A stretch of 62,640 nucleotides of DNA, filler included. It is 8 parts of 8 records of this genome, joined end to end, with 100 filler letters (N's around TTAATTAATTAA, not from the genome) between each part and the next. Parts side by side here need not be neighbours in the genome. Positions count along the whole stretch, not along the records: positions 7,312 to 12,625 come from SRR31156797_4352; positions 12,726 to 23,822 come from SRR31156797_4358; 6 more parts are not named here. The stretch is one strand, 5' to 3'. The position numbers were made by a program, and so were the translations under genes. This document shows, one piece after another, positions 9,007 through 19,516 of the stretch. Every line of letters starts with the position of its first letter. The stretch's first letter is position 1. A model generated the notes under the pieces. That model made no database searches. It was not told where the DNA came from and saw only the letters and a list, made by a program, of their open reading frames with translations.

Positions 9007-10557
9007 TTATTTAAGCAGGGAAACCAGGTATTTTTTCACGGCCAATGGATCGACCGACTTCTGGTTGCCCTGGATCTCCACAGCCAGTCCGCCGACCAGG
9101 TTCCCGAGAAAGCCGATAATTTCATCAGGCGCCTGTTGACGAGCGGCCAGGGATGTTACGGCAAAGAAAGCATCGCCCGCCCCAACCCTGTCGACTACAT
9201 TTTCAGCCAGGGAGGGCGTTTCAAGGCCTCCTCCGCTGTTATTCCAAACAGCGCATCCTTTACGGCCCCGGGTGACCACAAACCGTTCGGCATGAACTTT
9301 ATTGGCCAGCCGGTTAAGCTTGGATTTGAATCCTCCACGATAATTACGGGCGGCTAAAAGCAGTTCGTGTTCCGCAATACAGCCGTAATTGAGCCTGGGA
9401 TACCTTGTAATCATGTGGAAGCCGCGGTTGCCGGCATTGGCCTGGGCGTTTACGGCCAGGTAGTCTGAACTCTTGATCAGCGTCCGGACCATCCTGTCGC
9501 TGATTGTTCCGTGCCCGAAATCCGAAGCGATAACCAGATCGTAATTCTCCGCCTGGGCGGCCGCATACTCGCAGAATTCACGGTCCTTTTTATCATTCAA
9601 ACCGGAATCGTCCATAATATAGACTTCGAAAAGTTTGTTGAAGGAATAGCCGTCCAGGAAGCGTCGCTTGACAAGAGTCGGTGCATCGTCCTGAACCATG
9701 AAATGAGGAGTAATCTTCGGTTTAAGACTGTTTCTGATAAAATCCTCGTGACTGTCTTTTTCACCAATGGTGCTGACCAGGTGAACTTCGCCGGCGAAGC
9801 CGGCCAGATGATTTGCCACGGCTATGACGCCGCCGGCGAAAAGATCGTGGGACTGGTATTTAAGGGCCAGTATGGGATCCTTGGACGACTTGCCGATGGC
9901 GTCGCAATACTGGTATTCGTCAAGGATTGTATCGCCGATGACCATGACCTTGAGAGATTTCATCTTGTCGATCACGCCAAGAATTTCATCAAGAGAGTGC
10001 CTTTGTCTCAGGACGCGGACGTACTCCTGAATTTCCGAGGGCAAATTTGAAAGGTACCTGTTAATAAGATTGGTGGAGCTGAAAACAATATCTTCAGTGA
10101 AGCGCAGTTCGCATCCTATCTCGCGGACAACTTCCGCTTCCCGGCCTATTTTACCTGTCATGTCCGAAGATATATCCTTATATTCGGAACCCTTGACATA
10201 GATATCCGGCCTGATTGTGCGCAGCGTCTCTTCGGCGGTCGGCCATTCATTAATAGCTACATAGTCAACGACATCGAGGGAGGCAATTGCTTCCGCCCTG
10301 AGGCTTTCATTAAACGCGGGACGATGAGCGCCCTTGTCCACGAAACGGTCGGGCGTGATTGTAACCGCCAAAACATCGCCAAAAGACCGGGCCTGCTTGA
10401 GATACCTGATATGGCCGATGTGAAGGAGATCGAATACGCCGTGACAATGGACGACTTTTTGACCTTTGTTTTTAATAGGCTTGAGGGCCTCAGCCAACCA
10501 CCAGACCGGAACGATCTTACGGTTTTGTGTATGTTCATCCTTTGCGTTTAAAAGCAT
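9007..10557 (-). CDS. Bifunctional nucleotidyltransferase + PfkB kinase (HldE/RfaE-like, reversed domain order)
   Basis: N-terminal HGVFDLLHIGH (HIGH-type) domain; C-terminal VIGDTILDEY...VDRVGAGDAF ribokinase motif. Confidence 0.85.
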   Translation of the reverse strand: MLLNAKDEHTQNRKIVPVWWLAEALKPIKNKGQKVVHCHGVFDLLHIGHIRYLKQARSFGDVLAVTITPDRFVDKGAHRPAFNESLRAEAIASLDVVDYVAINEWPTAEETLRTIRPDIYVKGSEYKDISSDMTGKIGREAEVVREIGCELRFTEDIVFSSTNLINRYLSNLPSEIQEYVRVLRQRHSLDEILGVIDKMKSLKVMVIGDTILDEYQYCDAIGKSSKDPILALKYQSHDLFAGGVIAVANHLAGFAGEVHLVSTIGEKDSHEDFIRNSLKPKITPHFMVQDDAPTLVKRRFLDGYSFNKLFEVYIMDDSGLNDKKDREFCEYAAAQAENYDLVIASDFGHGTISDRMVRTLIKSSDYLAVNAQANAGNRGFHMITRYPRLNYGCIAEHELLLAARNYRGGFKSKLNRLANKVHAERFVVTRGRKGCAVWNNSGGGLETPSLAENVVDRVGAGDAFFAVTSLAARQQAPDEIIGFLGNLVGGLAVEIQGNQKSVDPLAVKKYLVSLLK

Positions 10558-10626
10558 TCCAGCCTCCTGGATGAGCTTTCAACCAATGAGGCTGGCGCCT
10601 CGCAGCGAGATAAAGATCAGGCATGG

Positions 10627-11280
10627 TCATTGCTCGATTATTATTGAATCGTTGATATAAGTTCGATCCGATTTGGCGCGGGCGATGAGCCTGAATTCAT
10701 CCTCATCCGCGGCCCGGGCCATGAAAATGTTCCTGATTATTTCGGAAATGGCATGAGAAAGAAAAAGGTGGACGTCTTCCACCGGTCCGTATGAACGCTC
10801 CTGCACGGTTATGTGTTCGTCGCACAATTCCGCGGCCCGACCGCCTCCGAATCCGAGAAAGCCGACTGTTACGGCGCCAAGCTCCCTGGCGCACTCAATC
10901 GCGTTTGTAACATTCGGAGAATTGCCGGAACCGGAGATGCAGATGAAGACATCATCCTTTTGAACCAGGGTTTTCAGCTGCTCGGAAAAGACTGATTCGT
11001 ATCCGATATCATTTGCATATGCGGTAAGCAGGGCCATGTTGTCGTTCAGGCTCATGGCTATCAGCCTGGGCTGCCCGTGGAGGCTCGTTCCTTTTGCCAG
11101 GTCGCAGGCAAAGTGCGATGCAGTTGAAGCGCTTCCACCATTTCCGAGAATGAGAACTTTCTTCTGCCGCGTATATGCCTTGAGAATAATATCCACCACC
11201 TTGACCACTTTATCGACAGGTGTCTGGTGAATGGTATTGATGAGACGATCGATATAATTTTGCAGTAATTTTTGCACCAA
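10627..11280 (-). CDS. gmhA: Phosphoheptose isomerase (SIS domain)
   Basis: GNGGSASTASHFACD, ANDIGY, ISGSGNSPNV, VEDVH; AGGAGG RBS at 11291-11296. Confidence 0.85.
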   Translation of the reverse strand: MVQKLLQNYIDRLINTIHQTPVDKVVKVVDIILKAYTRQKKVLILGNGGSASTASHFACDLAKGTSLHGQPRLIAMSLNDNMALLTAYANDIGYESVFSEQLKTLVQKDDVFICISGSGNSPNVTNAIECARELGAVTVGFLGFGGGRAAELCDEHITVQERSYGPVEDVHLFLSHAISEIIRNIFMARAADEDEFRLIARAKSDRTYINDSIIIEQ

Positions 11281-11337
11281 CGCTCCCGGACCTCCTTTAG
11301 CAAGCTGCGGTTATAGCCATTCCACTGGCAAGGATGT

Positions 11338-11353
11338 AGCAATAATGGCGCCA
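11338..11353 (-). promoter_or_regulatory. sigma54 -24/-12 promoter of the gmhA operon
   Basis: Minus strand TGGCGCCATTATTGCT = GG-N10-GC, about 58 nt upstream of the start. Confidence 0.65.
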
Positions 11354-11684
11354 TTTAGAAAAGGAGACGCCGGACCTGATTCCTGATGCAGATTCCGCTT
11401 AACAATCAGGAGGGGTAAGTATAAAACCTGATGCGATAACAGGTATTAATTACGGCGGGGATACCTTCTTCATCCTGGCCGTGCATTTTTTTCCCTTTAA
11501 AGCAGTTGACTTAAGTTCGCATTAATGTTGCGGCGCATTTCAATATTAATCACGTCAAGATTTTGGCAAAACGTCAAAAGCGGAATATAATTCCTAATTC
11601 AGAGTCCAACCCAGCGGACTGTTAATAAGCGATCAATCGGGGTGTAAATACGGGCCTCACTGTTTTTCCATGGCTCCGACCAGG

Positions 11685-11700
11685 TGGCATACATATTGCT
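11685..11700 (+). promoter_or_regulatory. sigma54 -24/-12 promoter of the radical SAM gene
   Basis: TGGCATACATATTGCT = GG-N10-GC, 76 nt upstream of GTG 11777. Confidence 0.72.
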
Positions 11701-11776
11701 TCTATTTCGTGACGTCATTAAAGAGCGACTTGCCGACCAGGCCGGGTCCAGGCTTTATACGGTCGGATAGGGAGAG

Positions 11777-12625
11777 GTGATAAAATTGCAGGCGACGCCT
11801 CTGGTAGGCATCTACCCGGATGCAGCTGATCTAAAAAGTGAGAAAAGCGATTTTTGTGAATGGAATCCCGGCAAACGCTGGAATCCGTTTAACAGTCATA
11901 AGCTTTTGAGCCATGTCTGGCGCTGGAAGGAAATCAAAAGAGGACGGCCCATCCCGCCGCCAGTGCTGGTTACGATTGACCCGACCAATGTCTGCAACTA
12001 CGGCTGCACCTGGTGCAACGCGGAATATATCAGAAAAAAGCGGCACAAAAGCATGTCTGAAAAGGCCATGCTTTCCCTGGCCGGGTTTCTTTCCGAGTGG
12101 GGAAGAACAGGCAGTTCATCAGATTTCGGCGTGGAAGCGGTTTGTGTGGCGGGCGGAGGAGAGCCCCTGCTTAATCCTGCATCCGCGCCGGCTATAGATT
12201 TTATGACCGCTAATGGCATTCAGGTCGGGCTGGTAACAAACGGTTACAACATTCAGGATTTTATTGATCCACTTTCCACCTGCACCTGGGTCGGCGTGTC
12301 AGTGGATGCGGGCCGGTCGGCCACTTATAGCCGCCTGAAAAACCTCCCGCCGGAAAAAAACAGCTTTGAAAGAGTGCTCGACAATATTTCCATACTGGTC
12401 GACTATTCCAGGCGTCATTTTACAACACTGGGCAAACCGCACCCGGCATACGGAGTCAGCTATAAGTATCTTATCTATAACAGGGAAAACATTTCCGAGA
12501 TATTCCAGGCCGCCAAAACAGCCAAGGAGATAGGCTGCAAAAACATCCATTTTCGCCCCGCCGGAACAAGCTGGGATAAAATCGGCACCAACGAGGAGAT
12601 AAATTTTTCAGACGACGACATAGAA
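11777..12625 (+). CDS. Radical SAM protein, 3' truncated
   Basis: CNYGCTWC (CxxxCxxC), GGGEPLLNP, LVTNG; GGAGAGG RBS region. Confidence 0.88.
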
Positions 12626-12725
12626 NNNNNNNNNNNNNNNNNNNNNNNNNNNNNNNNNNNNNNNNNNNNTTAATTAATTAANNNNNNNNNNNNNNNNNNN
12701 NNNNNNNNNNNNNNNNNNNNNNNNN
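12626..12725. other. Artificial contig spacer
   Basis: N44-TTAATTAATTAA-N44. Confidence 0.98.
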
Positions 12726-12753
12726 AAAATACCAGCCTAGGCTGGTATTTTTT
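12726..12753 (-). terminator. Intrinsic (likely bidirectional) terminator after rraB
   Basis: AAAATACCAGCCTAGGCTGGTATTTT palindrome with A/T tails. Confidence 0.75.
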
Positions 12754-12761
12754 ATGAGACT

Positions 12762-13178
12762 TTACTCTTCGTCGTCGTCATCTTCTTCCGGATAGAGAGC
12801 ATCTTCACCTTCGTAGTAAGTACCCCAACCATCATAGATAATGTCAAACTTCTCAGCGAGATTAACCAACTTTTCTACCTGAGCATCAATCGCTTCAGGA
12901 TCCAATGTTGATTGCATCGTTGCATCAAAACAAAGTAGCTTAGTGCCATCTTCATCTTCTGTTTCTTCCGCTTCAAGAACTTCAAAACCCATCTTGAAAG
13001 CTTCAACGGCCGCTTTCTCTAACTTATCGAACTCTTCTGCAAAAAGGTGATGTTCGATCTCGTATAATGCTTCTTCATCACTACCATCTTCGAGTAGCGC
13101 CTGAATAATTTCACGAGTGTCTTCTTTCTGAATTTCAAGCAACTCTTCAACTGATAGATAATCATCTTGTTGAGGCAT
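12762..13178 (-). CDS. rraB: Ribonuclease E inhibitor RraB
   Basis: [14 protein letters not shown]...YEIEHHL...YDGWGTY and acidic tail. Confidence 0.92.
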   Translation of the reverse strand: MPQQDDYLSVEELLEIQKEDTREIIQALLEDGSDEEALYEIEHHLFAEEFDKLEKAAVEAFKMGFEVLEAEETEDEDGTKLLCFDATMQSTLDPEAIDAQVEKLVNLAEKFDIIYDGWGTYYEGEDALYPEEDDDDEE

Positions 13179-13295
13179 AAATGTGCTCCAAAGTGTACAT
13201 AAAAGGTATCAATTAATTGCGACGAAATATCGCATGGATCGTTAGTAAATGCCACCCAACAGACGATCTTAGAGCGATCTTTCTTGTGAAAAAAG

Positions 13296-13322
13296 AAAGC
13301 CTACAATCATTTGTAGGCTTTT
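13296..13322 (-). terminator. Intrinsic terminator after tldD
   Basis: AAAGCCTACAA-TCAT-TTGTAGGCTTT stem followed by a T-rich run on the minus strand. Confidence 0.7.
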
Positions 13323-13328
13323 GTTCGG

Positions 13329-14774
13329 TTACTCTGTACCACCAACGGTAAGCGCATCCAGTTTTAGTGTTGGTTGTCCAACACCTACTGGCACACTTTG
13401 TCCCGCTTTACCACACACGCCAACACCACGGTCGATACTTAAATCATTACCTACCATAGAAACTTGCTGCATCGCTTCAATACCAGAACCAATTAAGGTT
13501 GCTCCTTTGATTGGACGCGTCACTTTACCATTTTCAATCAAGTACGCTTCTGAAGCTGAGAACACAAATTTGCCTGAAGTAATATCGACCTGACCGCCAC
13601 CAAAGTTCGGTGCATAAACGCCCTTCTTCACAGTTGAGATAATCTCTTCAGGAGTATGCTGACCCGGCAGCATATAAGTATTGGTCATACGTGGCATTGG
13701 CAGGTGAGCGTAAGACTCACGACGCCCATTACCTGTAGGCGCAACACCCATTAGACGTGCATTCAACTTATCTTGCATGTAGCCTTTCAGAATGCCGTTT
13801 TCAATCAATACGTTGTATTGACCGTTAACACCTTCATCATCTACATTGAGTGAACCACGCAGATCTTTCAATGTACCGTCATCAACAATGGTACAAAGAT
13901 CAGAGGTCACTTTCTGACCAATTTTACCGGAGAATACAGAAGAGTCTTTACGGTTGAAGTCACCTTCTAAACCGTGACCTACCGCTTCATGCAGCAGTAC
14001 ACCTGGCCAACCTGAACCCAGAACGACTGGCATAGTGCCAGCTGGGGCTGCATCAGCATCAAGGTTCACTAACGCCTGACGAATCGCTTCATCCGCGTAT
14101 GAGAATACGATTTTTTGGCCGTCTTCTTCATTAAGGAAATAGTCATAAGTAAATCGACCACCGCCACCAGCACTGCCACGTTCACGACGATCACCTCGTT
14201 GTGCAAGGACACTGATTGATAAGCGAACCAGTGGACGAATATCACCGGCATAAGTGCCATCAGTCGCAGCCACCAAAATTTGCTCATGCACACCGCTTAG
14301 GCTCACTGACACTTCCTGAATCAAAGGCTCTTTGGTTCGAATATAAGCGTCCACCTGCTGAAGCAGTTCGGTTTTCTTCTGCTTTTCCCAGCTTTCTAGG
14401 GGATTTACCGCCGCATAGTAGGTTTGGTTGCTGTTGCGTTTGAACGCTTGCACAGAACCATTTTTCCCCGCTTGCGCAATACCACGCGCTGCAATTGCAC
14501 TCTGTTGTAGCGCCTCTAGCTGGATTTGATCTGAGTAAGCGAAACCTGTTTTTTCACCGGTAACCGCGCGTACACCTACGCCTCGGTCAATGTTAAATGA
14601 ACCATCTTTAATGATGCTGTCTTCTAAAACTAATGATTCATGCCAGCTTGATTGAAAGTAGATATCTGCATAATCAATCTGACGTTGAGCAATAGTCGAC
14701 AAAGTATTGGCAATGTCCTGCTCGGTCAAACCTGCGGGTTGTAGTAATGCTTCTTCGATGCGGGTAATACTCAT
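13329..14774 (-). CDS. tldD: Metalloprotease TldD
   Basis: [17 protein letters not shown] motif; C-terminal [15 protein letters not shown]. Confidence 0.96.
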   Translation of the reverse strand: MSITRIEEALLQPAGLTEQDIANTLSTIAQRQIDYADIYFQSSWHESLVLEDSIIKDGSFNIDRGVGVRAVTGEKTGFAYSDQIQLEALQQSAIAARGIAQAGKNGSVQAFKRNSNQTYYAAVNPLESWEKQKKTELLQQVDAYIRTKEPLIQEVSVSLSGVHEQILVAATDGTYAGDIRPLVRLSISVLAQRGDRRERGSAGGGGRFTYDYFLNEEDGQKIVFSYADEAIRQALVNLDADAAPAGTMPVVLGSGWPGVLLHEAVGHGLEGDFNRKDSSVFSGKIGQKVTSDLCTIVDDGTLKDLRGSLNVDDEGVNGQYNVLIENGILKGYMQDKLNARLMGVAPTGNGRRESYAHLPMPRMTNTYMLPGQHTPEEIISTVKKGVYAPNFGGGQVDITSGKFVFSASEAYLIENGKVTRPIKGATLIGSGIEAMQQVSMVGNDLSIDRGVGVCGKAGQSVPVGVGQPTLKLDALTVGGTE

Positions 14775-15604
14775 ATATTGCTCTTTTTCTCTATAAATTG
14801 ATTACGAAAGCGACTGTGCTCAACAATTGGCATTGTAGCGCGAACGCTTTCTACTTGTTCTAGCTCGATTTCAACCAGTAAGCTGCCAGCCTGTTGTTCT
14901 AACGAGGCAACCACTTCTCCCCAAGGGCTAATCACCATCGAATGCCCCCAGGTTTCTCGTCCACAAGGATGATGACCACCTTGACCTACAGCAATAACCC
15001 AACATTGGGTTTCTATCGCCCGACTGCGCAGTAATACTTCCCAATGCGCTTTACCTGTCACGGCGGTAAATGCCGCTGGAACCGTTATAATTTGAGCGCC
15101 TTGACGGCGCAGCTCCGAAAACAGTTGTGGGAACCGAACGTCATAACAGATAGACAAGCCTATGTTTGCAAATGGTGTCTCGGCGACAACCACATCATTG
15201 CCACAAGTAAAGGTTTCCGACTCACGGTAACGTTGATGGGTATCGGCCACATCAACATCGAACATATGCAGCTTATCATAATGCGCTACCATGTTACCTT
15301 GCGGATTGAACAGAACCGATGTGGTCATCACATCAGAGCCAAGAGCTATCGGCATACTACCAATCAAGATCCACACCTTCTCCTCTAGCGCTAAACGAGA
15401 GATTCGTTGCTGAATCGGACCATCTCCTAGCGGCTCTGCACTATTGTGATAATCAGCTCTGTTACCTAACACCACAGCGTTTTCCGGCGTAACTACCCAT
15501 TGTGCGCCTTGTTTGGCCAGCAAAGCCGTTTGCTGCTCTATATAGGTAACATTTTCATTCACATCCGCACTGGATGTCATTTGAATTAAACCAATACGTT
15601 CCAT
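14771..15604 (-). CDS. Carbon-nitrogen hydrolase (Nit1/deaminated glutathione amidase family)
   Basis: Glu-Lys-Cys triad context [20 protein letters not shown]. Confidence 0.9.
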   Translation of the reverse strand: MERIGLIQMTSSADVNENVTYIEQQTALLAKQGAQWVVTPENAVVLGNRADYHNSAEPLGDGPIQQRISRLALEEKVWILIGSMPIALGSDVMTTSVLFNPQGNMVAHYDKLHMFDVDVADTHQRYRESETFTCGNDVVVAETPFANIGLSICYDVRFPQLFSELRRQGAQIITVPAAFTAVTGKAHWEVLLRSRAIETQCWVIAVGQGGHHPCGRETWGHSMVISPWGEVVASLEQQAGSLLVEIELEQVESVRATMPIVEHSRFRNQFIEKKSNI

Positions 15605-15615
15605 GTCACAAGTCC

Positions 15616-18600
15616 TTACTTTGCCAGATCTCGTAGCTTCTTAGGTAACTTAAACTCACCTCGACTGCGGGAAAGCTCTTTTACTGTGGGTGAGTCCATC
15701 GGACCTTTAACTTCATAATTAACCTCAGTAAATACTTCTACGACAGGTGAAATTACCGTTGTAATCGCCAGAACATATAGTGCTGTTTGCGGTGTTACCG
15801 CAAAGGCAGTCAGAACCGGGATACCTGAAGTAATATCAGGGACAAAATTTACTTCAGCATCAACGGTTTGTGAGTTCAGATCTGCTAGCCCTTTAATCGT
15901 CATATCCCCGGCTACAGCATCCATATTAATATTGTTCGTCACAAATACGCCATTCTCGATTTCACCACTACCCGTAATTGAATCAAATGCCATACCTTTA
16001 TCAAATACATCACTAAAGTCTAACTGCATTCGCCGGATTATGGAGTCAAGACTAAACAAACCGAGTAGCTTAGCCGCACCACTCACATCAGAAATCACGC
16101 CTTTGCCTAACTCAGTTTTAATGTTGCCTTTTAAGGAGTTCACTTTCATCGACCAAGGAGCGCCATCCCACTCAGTCTGACTCCAAAGGTTGAACGATGC
16201 TTGTTGAATCCCCGAGCTAATACCAAAACGCTCCATCAAATCACTATTGTTTTCACCCTGAATATCCAAGTTCATTTTGGTTCGGCTTGTGGTATCCGAA
16301 AGCTTCCAGGTTCCGTCAATATGAACTTTGTTTGTTCCGCTGACGATATCAATGTTCTTCCACTCTAACGTTTCACCACGTCTTTGGAAGTCGAGATTAA
16401 CTTTACCGACCTTATAACCCTGCAACCAAAAATCGTTAATGGCTAACGTTAAGTTTGGCATCATCTCATGGAAGTGGCGGTCAAAATCTGAAATCAGAGG
16501 TTCACTTTGCTTTTCGATATCGACCAGTAGGTTGGATTGTTGGTCTTCCTCTTCTAATGAAGGGATAAACACATGCAGTCGATCAAGTGAGACTGAGAGG
16601 TCGTAAGGTTCGATATAATTCGCTTGCCCTTGCGCTTCCTGACTGTCCAGATTCAGTAGCCAACCAAGATTTTTCTTACGGGCATTAAAACTGACGTCAT
16701 GCCAATCGATATCCGCCAGTGTCACTTCTTTCACAAGCAAGTCGACACGTTCCGGAGTCGGAACTTCCGGCGTGTTCATGCTTGATAACGAGGACGAATC
16801 GCTCTGCTTCGCTAAATCTTGTTTTATAAACGAACCCCAGTCATCAATACTAAACTTGTCCAAACGGATTTGAGCATGATGACCCACGACAGGACTAATC
16901 TTAAAGCTTCCCTGACCGAGAACTAAGTTCGTCGCGGTCAACACTGGTGTATCTTGTGTAATATCTATCTCTGCCTGGTACTTCGCTTTTGGCAGTTGTA
17001 GCCGTGCGGTAATCGACTCTTGATTGCCTGATGCTTGCAGACGCGCCTTGCCCGGTACTGTATTTGCTTTATTTAACGGGTACGGATAACGACTCTCAAC
17101 CATATTCAAATCGGCTGAAGAGTCGATCTGATAAGTAAAGCCCACATCATTCAGTTGCAGAGCGACATGAGTTTGCCATGGCGCATGCCCAGAAAGTGGT
17201 TTAAGCCAACGCTCCCCAACATAAGGAACTAATGGTTTAACATCCCAATCGCCGATGACATCAATGTTAACTGCATAACCTTGGCTGGTACTTTCACCTT
17301 GGAAGTCAAAAGAGATTGGCTGCTTTAGCAGCTTACCTGACAACCCAGCAGCCGTTATAACATCATTATCAAAGTTCACTCTGCCCGTCACCGTTTCAAG
17401 TGACATAGGAGGAGCATCAATATCAACATGGTTGCCAGTTAAATCTGCCCATCCCCATGCTCGCGGCTCTTTATCACGAGTAAATGGGATATTAAGCTGA
17501 AACTCAGAAACCACCTCTCCACTAACCTGAACAGCGTTAAGAGCAGCTCCCACAGAATCGACTAACGGCGTCGCCGTCATATAAGATCGAACAGCGTCCC
17601 CTTCAGCTACAGCACTGGCTTCAATCTCAATATGACCATCAGGCGCTAAGTTTGGAATACGACCTGTAATTCGCTTAGCCGTCACATCCATCAGGGTTGC
17701 AGATCGCGAATCTAGATACATAGCGGCGTTTTCAAACAACAGATCCAGTTGCAGATCGGTGATAGTTGGCCACGCGGTATCAAAACTAAACTTACCTTGT
17801 TCTAGGCCTACCCATGCCTGAAACACACCATCATGATTAGCGTATGGGAATGAACTTAAGTCGCCGTACCAAATCAGTTTAGCCGTATCAACTTTACCGC
17901 CGCGAATGGCTGTCGAAAGGTAGTTCGTCAGATCTTGGCCTAATGCGAGCGTTGGTAAATAACGCCATGTTTCACCAGCGTTATAAGCATCCGCTTCGAG
18001 ATAAAAAGAGAGAAACGGGCTTTTCTGCTTAGGAAAGTCTAAACGAAATGCCCCTAAAGCTTGTAAATCTGGAGTCGCAACAGTGACCTTGTCAGCCCAT
18101 AGTGACCATCCTTCGGGACTGTTTTGCCAAATCAGATTAACGTTACCGTGACGAATATTCAGTGGTGCCTGAAATACATCGCCATAAGGGAGAACATCAT
18201 CAATTAAGGTCGCATTAATTCGCGCGTAATCCGGTGTGCCATTGATGTTTGCTTGCAGTTGATGTACTTCTGGCAACAACTCCCACTGAGCAATCTGTCC
18301 TTCAGACAGCTCTGCGGAGTAACGTAAAGAATCAGAACTACTGCCCATTGATACACGGATATCTTCCAGTAAACCACCCGGCTTAAGCTCAGCAATAAAT
18401 TGAGCTGTTTTCTCTGAATCCGGTACGATATTCACCAAAGGTAACAGTGTTTTAATATCAATTTGAGAAAGGTTTAGACGCCAGCGTTGTGGTTGCCAAT
18501 CAAGCGCAACATCGAGTTCAGGCCAAGGCGTATCATTGGTTCTCAACTGAATAGAGTGAGCATTAACTTGCACACCGTTTTCAGTCGGAATCAGTTTTAA

Positions 18601-19506
18601 AATGCCAGATTCGAGCAATAGCTCATTAGGTTGATCTTTTGCGCCCCAAATCAGCTCTGAAGGTTTTAGTTCAACATAACCATCAATGGGTTGATTATGG
18701 CTGAATGTAGCCCAAGCATTGAAACTCACTCGGCCACGCTGAATTCCTGTCGCATCTTTAAGGTAACGGGATAACCAAGGTGTCACCCGCAAGCTATCTG
18801 CACTGACGTAGAAATCCCCAGAGATATCCATCAAAGAGCCATGGTCTTCAAAATCAGCACTGACAAGCAGTGAGTTAATATCCGTATCTACGAGACTGAC
18901 TTCCCCTTCGGCGAAATGACGACTGCCTCGGTTGCGCCAGCGCAGCTTTGCAATATCAAGCTGGCGCACTTCACCAGCAATGGTTTGGTATAAGATGGTG
19001 GAATCTAGCAGCGAAAAATTGTCTAACTGGCGCAGGAAAAGATCATCCAACAGCTGTACCGTTGTTAACTCTTGCTTATCAGAACTCGAGCTCTGGCTTG
19101 AACCGGTAGTGGCAAGTTTATTCCAGTCAATCGAACTAATATCCAAATGCATTTGATGGATATTCATGTCAGCAATGACAGGTTGTCGTTGCAACAATGA
19201 CTGTATCAGATCGAACTCAATATCAACTTGGCTGGTAGCAATACGAATATCGCTACCATCCGCTAAATCCGCCGTTACTCCCTGAAGAGCAAGAGATGGG
19301 TGAGTGTTTTTCCAAAAACCACGAACATCGGAAATGGAGAGCTGTACATTAGTTTGAGCCGTTGCCCAGCGTTCAATCTCACCTTGAAAGCGATTCATTT
19401 CTGGCAACAGCATCCGCAATGCGGTGACGATAATTGCCAGCAAAACTAATAGGCTAACAAGTAGCCATAAAACAAACCGCCCGAGGCGAGTGCAAATTGA
19501 GATCAC
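15616..19506 (-). CDS. yhdP: AsmA-like intermembrane phospholipid transporter YhdP
   Basis: 1296 aa, N-terminal TM, C-terminal RRMQLDFSDVFDKGMAFDSI; canonical rng-yhdP-nit-tldD synteny. Confidence 0.92.
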   Translation of the reverse strand: MISICTRLGRFVLWLLVSLLVLLAIIVTALRMLLPEMNRFQGEIERWATAQTNVQLSISDVRGFWKNTHPSLALQGVTADLADGSDIRIATSQVDIEFDLIQSLLQRQPVIADMNIHQMHLDISSIDWNKLATTGSSQSSSSDKQELTTVQLLDDLFLRQLDNFSLLDSTILYQTIAGEVRQLDIAKLRWRNRGSRHFAEGEVSLVDTDINSLLVSADFEDHGSLMDISGDFYVSADSLRVTPWLSRYLKDATGIQRGRVSFNAWATFSHNQPIDGYVELKPSELIWGAKDQPNELLLESGILKLIPTENGVQVNAHSIQLRTNDTPWPELDVALDWQPQRWRLNLSQIDIKTLLPLVNIVPDSEKTAQFIAELKPGGLLEDIRVSMGSSSDSLRYSAELSEGQIAQWELLPEVHQLQANINGTPDYARINATLIDDVLPYGDVFQAPLNIRHGNVNLIWQNSPEGWSLWADKVTVATPDLQALGAFRLDFPKQKSPFLSFYLEADAYNAGETWRYLPTLALGQDLTNYLSTAIRGGKVDTAKLIWYGDLSSFPYANHDGVFQAWVGLEQGKFSFDTAWPTITDLQLDLLFENAAMYLDSRSATLMDVTAKRITGRIPNLAPDGHIEIEASAVAEGDAVRSYMTATPLVDSVGAALNAVQVSGEVVSEFQLNIPFTRDKEPRAWGWADLTGNHVDIDAPPMSLETVTGRVNFDNDVITAAGLSGKLLKQPISFDFQGESTSQGYAVNIDVIGDWDVKPLVPYVGERWLKPLSGHAPWQTHVALQLNDVGFTYQIDSSADLNMVESRYPYPLNKANTVPGKARLQASGNQESITARLQLPKAKYQAEIDITQDTPVLTATNLVLGQGSFKISPVVGHHAQIRLDKFSIDDWGSFIKQDLAKQSDSSSLSSMNTPEVPTPERVDLLVKEVTLADIDWHDVSFNARKKNLGWLLNLDSQEAQGQANYIEPYDLSVSLDRLHVFIPSLEEEDQQSNLLVDIEKQSEPLISDFDRHFHEMMPNLTLAINDFWLQGYKVGKVNLDFQRRGETLEWKNIDIVSGTNKVHIDGTWKLSDTTSRTKMNLDIQGENNSDLMERFGISSGIQQASFNLWSQTEWDGAPWSMKVNSLKGNIKTELGKGVISDVSGAAKLLGLFSLDSIIRRMQLDFSDVFDKGMAFDSITGSGEIENGVFVTNNINMDAVAGDMTIKGLADLNSQTVDAEVNFVPDITSGIPVLTAFAVTPQTALYVLAITTVISPVVEVFTEVNYEVKGPMDSPTVKELSRSRGEFKLPKKLRDLAK

Positions 19507-19516
19507 TCAATATCCT

